Shown here: positions 1 to 11,300 of the stretch, piece after piece
How positions within the stretch are numbered: position 1 is the first letter of the stretch
How the letters are laid out: each line of letters starts with the position of its first letter
The notes under the pieces: model-generated
Database searches by the model: none
Told to the model about the DNA's origin: nothing
What the model saw: only the letters and a program-made list of their open reading frames with translations
Position numbers and translations under genes: made by a program
Assembly: GCA_937625935.1 (NCBI GenBank)
Contig: OW569357.1
Span: 62,001-126,000, forward strand
Length of the DNA stretch: 64,000 nt
DNA from: Tetramitus jugosus
Taxonomy: Eukaryota; Protista; Heterolobosea
Direction: 5' to 3'

Positions 1-342
1 ATTGGAATCTATTGCAAGAGAGTGATAGTCACCTGCACGGATCAATACAATTGTCTTTCCAGCAATCGCACCTCCCGATATTAAAACAGGAACGTTTCTG
101 TTCATTGTTGTTCCATCTCCAAGCTGACCACGTGAATTGTTACCCCAAGAGTACAATGCACCGTCTGAATCGACTACGAGACAATGATCCACACCAGCAC
201 TCACCATTGAGACATGTTTTCCGAGAAGAGAGATCACTGGATTCAATCGATTGAACGTAGCTGAGCACTGGTGTACTTTCAATCGACAAAAACAATGGAC
301 AATAAGGTACTGAAAGACTGCGAGTGCTAGAGCAAGTTTCAT
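1..342 (-). CDS. Secreted/surface RCC1-repeat protein, 5' part (runs off the window start; absent from the ORF track)
   Basis: Manual translation from ATG at 342 gives MKLALALAVFQYLIVHCFC (signal-peptide-like). RCC1 repeats follow: VSAGVDHCLVVDSDGALYSWGNNSRGQLGDG and IRAGDYHSLAIDSN. The frame stays open to position 1. Confidence 0.85.
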   Translation of the reverse strand, partial: MKLALALAVFQYLIVHCFCRLKVHQCSATFNRLNPVISLLGKHVSMVSAGVDHCLVVDSDGALYSWGNNSRGQLGDGTTMNRNVPVLISGGAIAGKTIVLIRAGDYHSLAIDSN

Positions 343-582
343 TAATAGTAATTTGGTATGTATGTAAGGTGTTGTGGCAAAAATTCTGAACGAAAGCAAG
401 GATTACCATCTAAACTTTTGACATTGGGTAACATTTTCATCGCAAGGGGATTCCTTTTTCGTAATATGGTATGTTTTACGTCGGTGACGGGACATCACAT
501 TTCATGAAAATGACACACGGGTTTTCATGAAACCCGAATAGAGAGAAGGATTTGGCTTACGTTACTGTTTCGCAACCAAACT

Positions 583-3500
583 CTATTTGGATGAGAGGGC
601 AATGATAGATCGCAACCCATTCTGTTTCCTATTTTCGTGAACAATCTGTGCAGCGTCTCCACTGACTGTCAAGACTGCGTAGGCATGTCTTCGGGTCGTA
701 TTGTCGCTGCACACGTGGAATCTTAAATCATAATTTAACAGGCAGTTCATACCTAGTGCCTTCGCATGAGCCCTAATCACTGCGTTCGCCTCCATGACTA
801 ACTCTTGCTGGAAAGCACCAAAGAATTGTGTGTTGTCAGACTCCCTGACAAAGTGTTGGGTAATTTTACCAACAACTCGAATGATACGAGCACCTGCCAC
901 ATAGGACAGTGGAGTCATTGTCACATAAATGTTGTTCAGCCATTGTGTGTCTTCATCGACTTCGGTACTCTGTGAGATCGCTTTCATGGGGTTATCCACT
1001 ACTGCTTCTTCCATTGGGAACATTAAATCTTGTTCATTGATTGATACAACTTGAACTTTTGGTTGCTGAAATTTTTTTTCAATAAATGTTGGTACGGGCA
1101 TAAATACTTGATTGGGAAGCAGCACTGGATACACACTTTGCAGTGGTATTTTAGGTTGATGTTCAACGTTCAACATGGCCATTGCCTGGAATGTAATCAT
1201 TAATTCTGCCTCATCCGAAAACTGAACATCCGTCGTGATACCATTGACCGACACAGAGTACACGTTACGACTACTGTTGACAAACAATAACAGCTTAAAG
1301 GCAATCGAGCTGTACAAATCGTTGAATACAGCAGATATAAATTGTTGCTCATTCTTCTCTGTTGCTACAATCTTTGATAGATCATATCGCTTTTGCATAA
1401 AGATATTGTGCAGATTTGTGGCTTGGGTGCTGTTGAATCCTTCTGGTGTCGATGTTGACCTCAGATTTGAGAAGGTCACACCTCCAGGCAATACTGGATC
1501 AATAAGAGCAACCATCTTATCCTCATCTGTAACATCATCGATCTCTATCACATCTCCAGTTTCATTCATGAAATCAGTGGTAGCGAATTTATAATCCAAT
1601 TCGTCGTTGTCATCCAGAGAATCACTGTCGTCATCATCCGTGAGAACAGATGAATGTAAAAACTGAGATATCTGTTGTTGCATATCTTGTTTATAGGCAG
1701 CATTCATCTCTGCGAGTTGAACTCGTGCAAGTTGAATCTTTGCTGAATTCTTATTAACTGTAATGTTGAGAGGTGTGGGTTCAGGCAGACAACCCAGATG
1801 AACACCAGTACCTGTAACAGTGGCAACAATATATGAATCATCAACTGCAATATCATATGTTACGTTGAATACTGCATTTACATGATAAATGCGCATCTTG
1901 TGCAGCATTTGCTTGTGTAGATCGTACTCGATGAACGGCAACATTGTGCTGACAACCTTGGCATTACTTTCACCAACTTTGCGACTCTTCGTTCTGCATA
2001 TCCGAGCCTCTAAAAAGTGTTGACCAATGAATGGTACATTCGGAGGTTCACATGTAGAGAATATAATTTCAGGTACTTGAGCTTTCTTGCAATGATGACA
2101 ACTGAGTTGTTTTTTGGGCGCAAATGGATTGTCGTCCGATTGTAATACGTGGAAAATAGAATAAGGACACGACGATTTGGCCGTACTCATGTCGGATGAT
2201 GCATACATATTATCTGACAGAATGGCTGCTGTACCCTCCGCAGATAGAATACAAATGTTGCTCTTTGGATGCATATGTGCTTTTTCTGAATAACCAATAA
2301 TATGTGAGCATCCCAACATTCTTGCGTTTTCTCTCACTTCCTGACGCATTTCATTCCACCATTGATCCCTCTCCTTTCCCATTTGAGCAATTTTCACATC
2401 ACTCAACAGTTTCACAGCTCTGCACTGTACAACTGAAGCAACATATTTCACTTCGCTTGGTTCAAACACACGCATTGTGCACAGAGCCACGTCCTCTGAT
2501 GTCATTTTGAAAGCAGGTGCGCTCTCCACTGAAGTAGATAGCTGAGGAGATTTTGAGAGCGAGAGTTGAAAACCACCAGGTGATCCAGTGATGGACATTT
2601 TTCTGGGCAATGCAGCCGAAGTATCAAAAATGAGGTTCTGCAAATGAATTTCATTCAAACTCTGTATTTGTCGCTCCAATCGACACTCTGTGCCCATTCC
2701 TCTCACAACAATATTTTCACTCTCCAAATCAAATTGTTCATAGTATCCAACAACGGTATTGCAACCGGATTCACTCACTTTTTTGGCCATGAGTCGCTTC
2801 ACCTTGCTGATCAAATAGCAACAACAAATAACAACAATAATCGCTTAGGATCATACTCAAATAAATCCAACAAAATATTGTCAAGCAAAACACTTGACAT
2901 CTAAACACATACCCTGACAATTGAAACAACAACAGTTGACGTTGAATATTGGATGATCTAGATGACCGCATCATATCCTTCCAATAATCATGCTCCGGAT
3001 CATCATCAATCAACATTTCTTCAATCATATTAATCTTTGACATTTCATAATAGCAATTATTGTTTTGAGCATCTAAAACACTGCTCACACTACTGTTGTT
3101 ACTACTACTATTGGCACTCAATGGCGAAGAAAACATATGGCTAGCCATCAAACCTGAATTTACACTACTACTACCACCACCATTGTTCGGAACAATTGCA
3201 GCTGTGGACGAGAGAGCAGAATTTGGCGTGCTACTCAACGATCGCATCGTATTCACATAATTAGTAACCAACGTCTGATCATAATTCGAATAAAACTGAA
3301 CCTTGTGATGCCACTGACTAGCCAACGAGCCATCGACATGACCTCTCGCACTCTCCATTGCCAAAACATCCACTTTTATCGTCACCAATAATTCTCCGCA
3401 AATTCCCCGAAAACTATCGTAAATCGGCAACCATCCCGCCATCGTATGATGACCATGATGATGAGAATTCTGCTGTTGAAGAATCAACTGAGCATCTACA

Positions 3501-3772
3501 CACACCGTTCCAATCACATCATCCGAACTCAATATATCAGAGTCCCACAACACAAATTCAATCATGGTGTCCCTCAAATCAGAAATGTCAGTGACTTCAA
3601 TACGACACGATTCATCAAAAATGGGGTCCAACGTCTTTTTGCAAACTGATGTCGTGTACTCAAAGTGAGTTCCGAATTTGACTTGAACGTATGCATCAGT
3701 GAGGTTACTGGCACGGTCCATGACTGGCAGGTTTCTCGCGCCTTTGATGTGAATCTTGATGGTGGCGCCCAT
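583..3772 (-). CDS. C2CD5: C2 domain-containing protein 5 (C2CD5/CDP138-like), 2 exons
   Basis: N-terminal C2 domain (IKGARNLPVMDRASNLTDAYVQVKFG, WDSDILSSDDVIG). Intron 2807-2912 (GTATGT...CAG) joins FQLSG to KVKRLMAKKV...VVGYYEQFDLE...VRGMGT. Later C2CD5 blocks: RDQWWNEMRQEVRENARMLGC, LPFIEYDLHKQM. Confidence 0.88.
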
Positions 3773-4258
3773 GTTTGTGCAATGATGGACTCGTTTTTCT
3801 AAGAGATGTTTTTTTTTTGGCCCAATGTTGTGTGTAATTTTTTTTCTTTTCGAGAAGCTGTCATTTCAATGAATTATATTGGTTGGTTTGAGAGATTGAT
3901 TCCTTTGCAAGTGTAACTCAATTGCAACCATTCTCGAGTGGTGTCACAAAACTCCATAGGCTCTTACCGTGCCACATGAGAAGAATATTTTGTGATACTG
4001 TGGTCCAAAGAGATTTTCGTGAGGCTGTAATCCGAGTGCATGTAGGCCAAACTGATTCAAGCTTGTTAAGTTCTTCTTATCTACGATGATCGTATCAACC
4101 ACAATTTCTCCCTTCTTTCCATTCAAATGAACTTCGACCTTCTTTGGAACGAGAGACAATTTTTGAAGAAGCTTTTCAAGAATGCCAGGATCGTCCTCTT
4201 GCTCAACTGCCCATTATATTGTTATTAGTCCAGTTATAAAGGTTTATGAAGGAATAAT

Positions 4259-5218
4259 TTACAAGTGGGAGTGCAATATTTGAGCAATTTGAGGTTTCAT
4301 CTGCAGTTCGGCTGCTCTGGATTCCTCTTCCAATTTTTGTTGCTTCAGGTAACCCTTGTACGGTTCATCAATGAAAAAGTCCAATGAAGGGTTCTGTTTG
4401 CCTGGTATCACATGATACATGTCAATGTTAGGTACTTGTCCCTCCAATACTTCATCATCGATGAAAAAGTTGCCCGTATTGACTTCGCTCGAGCTGTCGA
4501 GTGTCAAAATCTGATAGGCCGCTTCGGCGACAATGTCTACGGTTCGAGATTGATTCATCAGCGTATCTCCACCGAGCACATTTGCTACAGCAGCTGTTGC
4601 AATACTCGTTCTTGGCCAGAGACTATTGACCGCAATATGATGCGGTTTGAGCTCTTCCGACAAACCCAATGTGCACATGCTCATATTGTACTTGGCCATG
4701 GTGTACGCAGTGTGGAGCTCGAACCATCTCGCATCCATGTTTAACGGTGGCGACATGGTCAAAATGTGTGCATTCTTGGATTTTTTCAGATGCGGCAAAG
4801 CGAGTTTACTGCACAAAAACGTGCCTCGCCCGTTGATGCTGTGCATCAGGTCGTAGCGCTTCATGGGTGTCTGTTCCAGGCCGGTCATGGCGATCGCGGA
4901 CGCGTTATTAATCAAAATGTCAATCCTTCCCCATTGCTTCACCACTTGATCAATGGCACTCTGGACTTGTTCTTCGCTGCGGATATCGCACACAATGGGC
5001 AATACACAATGAGAGTGACCACCATTGACCTGTTCAATTTCTTTGGCCGCAGTGTAGATGGTGCCTGGTAGGGTGGGGTGAGGCTCAGTTGTCTTGGCCA
5101 AGATGGCAATCTTGCACTGGTCATCTATGGCACATCTCTTGGCAATGGCGAGGCCAATTCCTCTGCTTGCTCCAGTAATGACAATGACTTGATCTCTGAG
5201 AGTTCTCTGTGCTGGCAT
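4259..5218 (-). CDS. HSDL2: Short-chain dehydrogenase/reductase, HSDL2-like, with C-terminal PTS1 (SHL)
   Basis: TGASRGIG Rossmann motif, AKTTEPHPTLPGTIYTAA (HSDL2 signature), NNASA and catalytic YTMAK. No SCP2 domain. First ATG is at 5218. Confidence 0.85.
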   Translation of the reverse strand: MPAQRTLRDQVIVITGASRGIGLAIAKRCAIDDQCKIAILAKTTEPHPTLPGTIYTAAKEIEQVNGGHSHCVLPIVCDIRSEEQVQSAIDQVVKQWGRIDILINNASAIAMTGLEQTPMKRYDLMHSINGRGTFLCSKLALPHLKKSKNAHILTMSPPLNMDARWFELHTAYTMAKYNMSMCTLGLSEELKPHHIAVNSLWPRTSIATAAVANVLGGDTLMNQSRTVDIVAEAAYQILTLDSSSEVNTGNFFIDDEVLEGQVPNIDMYHVIPGKQNPSLDFFIDEPYKGYLKQQKLEEESRAAELQMKPQIAQILHSHL

Positions 5219-5351
5219 CTTGTTGTTTTTGTTCGTTGTTTGCGCACGCACACTTGCTCAGATCTTTTTTTATCGCAACAATCCGATGAAGGAGTTTATG
5301 TTATGCGCATGAAAACCAATCATTTATTTAACATGGGTAAAAAGAGAGAGC

Positions 5352-8300
5352 TTATGACCACAGGTAGCAAACGGACGCGCCACAATAAGTTGGTAGAGTA
5401 CTCAAGTCAGGAACAATGTAGGAACAGGTCACTTTGGCTCCGGATCTACCATTTTGAGACCAATTACTCCAAATCCATTTGGTTGCTGATGTTGGAGTGA
5501 ATCCCAAGTTTGACCACTTGGACCACCCAGTTTGCCATTGATTGGCACTTTCCACTTCAAGTGCATTTGCCCAACCACCAGAGGAGAAATCACCGGACCA
5601 TGTTGGTCTCTGTGTTGGGGCACCTGTTTCACCAATGAACTGTGTGATACATTTCCAGTCAGAATTTGTGCGGATGATTCGATCTCCAAACATCATTTCA
5701 AATATGACACCACTATCACCACCATCGTTCTTTGCTTCTAGTGTAATGACATCTCCCGCCTTGACTGTAGCAGTGGCGAGCTTCACTACTCTCCACTCAC
5801 CTATCAATGGGCCAATGATAAGATCATCATTGATATAAACGGAAACATAATCATCGCCAGTAGTTCTAATTGTACCAGTTTCTCCAGATCGTTGAGTATT
5901 CACAGGATCACAAATAGCGTCAGTAATCTTCTTTTCGAAAGAATCACCGTCAAATACATTCCATGATACTGGGAAGACGCTACTGTCGATAGTATGGTCA
6001 TAACCCATCTTCTTCATTTGACTTATATCGAAGGTGTTCTGTATTTCAGAATCAATCGGTATGACAATGAGCCGACTGGCCCATCTTGCACCATTCAGAA
6101 TATTGAGAGAATTTGCTTCTGGCACAGCATCAGCACAAGGCATACATCTGGTTGTTGAACCATATGAACATGGAAGACTGCAAGGATAGTTAGCTCCGTT
6201 GTCTGTCAAGAGAACTATCACCTTTTCTTGGGACAATGACGAGACATATTGATATGCATCTGCTAGTGCAAACTTGTGGTTTGTGTTACCCTGGGAGGAT
6301 ACAGCTAGCGAGTTGGCAATTGAGTCATAGGTACTGTCATCTGTCGTCCAAGGACAGACAGTGAGAGCAGGGTCTTGCGCGAATGCTCTCAATGCCATGG
6401 CATTATTACTCGACCCTAATTTCACTCTACTATCAGCACTCATGTCCTTCAGGAATTTCTTTACCTTGCTTATTTGATTGAGACCAGATGCGATATCAGG
6501 CAAGAACAAAACTCTCAAATTTCCCTTTTTGCACTTGCAATTCTTGAATTTGATAAAGAGGGTCGCAGTTGCAGATGAAGTCGAATCTGTTGAGGAGGAT
6601 ATCTTATATGTAAATGTCAATGATTGACAACTGTCTGTATCAGAATTCGTGACCACAAAATTGGAACCTGAGACAGTCGGACAGAGAACTCCCGGAGAGC
6701 AGATGAAAGAATCCAATTTAACCCCAGAGCCCATCGGATCGTAGTCATTCTTAAGCAAGTTAGAACTAGCAAATGTTTGTGAAGATAAAGACTGATCCAT
6801 AAAGAGTAAATCATCGTTTGCTATTACCGGCTGCTTCGTATACTGGATAGTTATTGTGGCGAGCGCCTCTCCAGGCACACCAGGATCGTTATCACTCACT
6901 TTTATCACAGCTGTACATGATGTGAATGTGCTCGGTTTGGTAAAGAGCAGATATTTGTCATTCTTACCGCTCCTTGCTTGACTGGTGAGAGCAGAGCCAC
7001 AGGTTCCAGAACTCTGCACTCGGACAGTAAGTCTCTCAATATCTGTTAATCCATCCTGATCATTCACCTGAACATCAAGCAAATACTCTAGATAGTACTG
7101 CGAAGGATTCGAACCTGAAGGTTGGACACTAGGCTTTGTTAGGGTAAAGGTGTATGGTATTACAGGGCTGGGAATTCGATTGTCAACTGTAATGAACGCA
7201 CTGAAAGCAACTTTTTGTGTACCATCATCCACATAATACTCAATCTGCATAGTGTTCACACCCTTATCAGAAGCTGGGAAGGATATCGTCGTGGGAGGGG
7301 AGTTCCATGTTATTCCACTAGGTGTGGTCTTAGAAGAGAATACCAGAGAATCCCCATTATCGTCTGTGCAATAGTTAGGCAAATAGATGGAAGCAGGTTG
7401 ACCTTTGAACACATGGATGTCAATAGGACCACATGAGGGCGGAGAATTGATAAATTGAAGAAGAACTGTTCCAGTTATGGAGTTCAATTGACCATCTGTC
7501 AACTGATAAGTGAAGGTAGCATCGGTCTTGTAGTTCGCAGAAGTGGTTACTTGGATTCGCTGTTTGGCAGTGTCAGTAGAAACCACTAATTGCTGTCCAG
7601 AAGGAATTGATGTGATAACATTCACTGCGGTGATAGTAAGAGCATTACCATCGGCATCAACATAAGGACTATCCATTACGTCCACATAAAACACATTAGA
7701 TGCAGCCTGACGTTGTCTAGTTATGGTTAGGGGATTTGCCTTTTGAATCTGGGGTCGATTATTGGTCACATTGATAGTTACACTCGAGAGTGCGGAGTCC
7801 AGTAATCCATCAGTGCACTTGAAGGAGAAGGTATCTGCAACTAAGCACTGGGTAGTACATGGCGGATAAGATTGAGTGTTTGATGCAACATAACTGATCG
7901 CATTACCATTCACTATTAGTGTTCCAGCACTCATTGGAACATTCTTGAGTGAAGTTAAATCATATTGTTGAGATGAATAAAGGAGCAACAATGTTGCCTT
8001 ATCCGCTGTGTCTACGTCTTGACATCCCACAGTAAAGTTCTTAAATGATGAAACTCGCCAGACTAAAGAGCCAGAAGAAATGGAATTGGGTGACATCGTT
8101 GGCCTGTTATCGTAGTATGTGACTTGAATGGTAGCAGCTGACGAACTGCCAGGAAAATCAATAGCACTATATTGAATAGACAATGGTACATCCAAATCAG
8201 ATGCTGTTACCACCTTTGAGACTGTCAAGTTCTTATTGTCGCTTGTTTTTGTGACAGTCAGTCCTGAAGCGGAGAAGGTATCGATGAACAAAGGATCATT

Positions 8301-11300
8301 GTCCGCGTCAGTGTCATTGCTCAATGGATACACAACAAAGCTGGAGGTTTTCCAATGTTTTGTTACGTAATCATTGTTCGCAACAGGCTTGTGATTCACG
8401 ATAGTAATCGAAACACTCGACGATACGGTCGCTGCTCCATCAGTAGCTACCATGGTGAAACTCACTGCCGTCAGATCATACATTCCTGGCTTGTAAATAA
8501 TGAGATTGCCGTAGATATTCGAGGCTTGATAGGTAACTGTTCCATGAGTTGGATTTGTGATTGATGTCACATTGAGACGATCGTTGTCTGCGTCAGTAGC
8601 GTTTGCCAGTAGATTAATAGGAACTCCACTAACATAGCTTGTCCATGGAATACTTAGGACAATAGCTGGGACTACGGGAATACTGTTTTGTAGGTTAACA
8701 GTTAGAGAACCTTGAACTGAACTTTGTCCATCGGTTACCCAAAAATCAAGAACTTGGGGGTTCGTGGAAGTCACCACAGAGCGATGTTTCAGAGTAATAT
8801 TCTTCATATCTGACGTGAAACGAACATACTCCAAAATATTTGCGGCAAACGCCTGATTCTGTAACACCAAATTAGGCTTGTCTTGAGCATCCAAATCATT
8901 TGCGTAGCCGGCTACAATTGGGATATTGATAATTTGCCCCTGGTGAAGATTGACTGTGACCGACGAGACAGTTGGTTTGTTGTTCACGACATACACTCGA
9001 ATATCTGACGTCACCTGTGTCCAGCCATCTGTGAAGGTGAGACGAGCAATATCAGAGTTTCCAACAACAGTCTTGTCAGGCGAATAGACTAATTGGTTGT
9101 TCTGTATAGTAAAGTTACCTATCGTAGAACTGGTACGAGCTACCGTTACAAGAGTAACGTTGCTAGCGACGTCATCATCCTTCAATACATTACTCATATT
9201 GAGAGTAACAGGGTATCTCCAATGAACTTCCAATCGAACAGAACTGTCAAGATATGGAGGATTATTTAGAATTGTAACAGTGGCAGTCGAAGTCTGTTCG
9301 TCGCCTGTATCGGTGACTCCAAAAGTAACGATAGTTGTTCCCACAAATCCATTCGAAGGAGTGATCAACATCTTCTTTAAATCAGACGAAATGGAACAGA
9401 AACTCAGGTCATTTCTGCAGTAGCTCACATAGATATGATTCTGATCCTCAGGATCAGCGTCATAGGTATCCTTTGAGACGTTAAGCGAAACAACGCCTCC
9501 CATTTGTTTTAATTCAGTCCAATGCATGGTCTTCGTGTATGTCGGCGGCACAGGAGGATTATTGTAAACAAAAACTGATGCCCTGGCCGGTGTGCTATCC
9601 AACCCATCTGAGATTGTATAAGTGAACGGACTAGTGCCTCTGAATAAACGTGGAGGAGTATAGCGAAGCATTGTTCCGTTATTGTTCAAAACAGCATTCA
9701 CTGTTTGAGTAGCAGCAGAAACGATCCACAGTTTGTTCAAATCAAGAGCATCGTTATCGGTGAAGTTTGACAAAACAGGCAACGACACATTGGAAAGTGA
9801 GAAATGGACCTGATACAAATCTTCAAACGAATTCTTGCTGTATGGTGCAGTATTTTGGACGGTAATGTCCACTGATGGCGAAATAGCTGTAATGCCATCA
9901 GTTACACTCAGTGAAACGAACGAGTATCCCGCGGCATAACCTGTGGAGGGAGCAACAATTCTAAAAGCTGTCGAATTCACAAGTACAGCACTACTAATCA
10001 CTTGAGGATTACTGGCAGTAACGCTTGTAATTTGAACTAGATCACCATCGGGATCGATAAAGTAGTCTAACACCTGATCTAACACTTTTCCATTTGGTGC
10101 CATCACTTCCCTCCAATGGAAAGAGTAACTCTTGCGCTGAACTACGGGAACCTGATTCGTCACTCTCATGGTGACTAAAGCTTTAATCTCTTCAACACCA
10201 TCAGAAACTGTGTACAAGAAATAAAAGGTGCCAATAACCTTTGGAACAATGGAAAAGTGTACCGTTGTATCATTGACAATTGAAAGTGTAACACTCGGAG
10301 AGGTGGTCGTAGCATTAGTAATACGTAAATGATCTCCATCAATATCCGTTGTGTTCGAAATCAATTGAATATCGATGCCATTGAGAAGAGCTCTATGAGA
10401 TCTATTCAACGTTAAGTCAGCTGCTGTTGGAGGCGTATTGTATACCAAAAGTACGAGACGAACAACTTGCCAAGAGTTACCACTAGTAACATTCATTGTT
10501 AGGTAATCACGTTCCAGGCTCAGTTTCGTTTGTTCGTAGAAAATCGACTTCTTATCAGCTCCAATTGTAACATTACCATATTGAGGGGCTGTAAGAATAC
10601 TCTTCACTTGAAGGGTGCTGTAGGGAATGAGAGCTGTATCCACATCAATAGAAATTGATTTACCAGCCAGAGCGTCTTTCCAAAGGATTGTTGTATACAA
10701 GAAGTAAGGATCTTGAGCCAAATCTGGAACAGTCATTGTTATAAAGTAAGTAGAGTTACTGACTCCATCTGTGACAATATAAGAAAAAACTTCTGTGCCC
10801 GTTGCATTAATAGGCTTGTAGTAGATGGAGTCTGCGTCCTCCAAAAATACTGTTCCTTTGAAACCCGGAGTGATTTTTGATCCCATAAAAATGGCAATAG
10901 AACTTTGATCAAATGAATCAATATCTGCCGCACTTCTTAGCACATTGACTGATACTCCTGTTTCTATTTCCACCCAATGCAATGACAAACTGAAGTTCTT
11001 GCCAGTTGGGAGATTGTTGAAAGATGTAATACTGACTGTTCCCTGTGCAGTTGTGGCACCATCAGATAACGTGTATTTAAAACTATCGCTACCAACAAAG
11101 TTACTCACGCTATACTTGATCTGCTCGACACCAGAGCCATCAGATACCCGAGTAGCAATACCATGACTTGGTTGAATGAAGTCCAGAGCAATTAGATCTC
11201 CATCAGAATCGTATTGACTGTTGTACAGTTTGAAGAGAGGTTCTTCTGTCATTAACTGCCTCCAATGCTTAACAATGCTTGAATTGACCGCGACTGGAAT

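Noticed and set aside
4214-4262. Alternative splicing of the SDR (GTAAAT at its stop) onto the downstream open frame as an SCP2 domain
   Set aside because: The phase gives an immediate stop, and the downstream peptide lacks SCP2 motifs.
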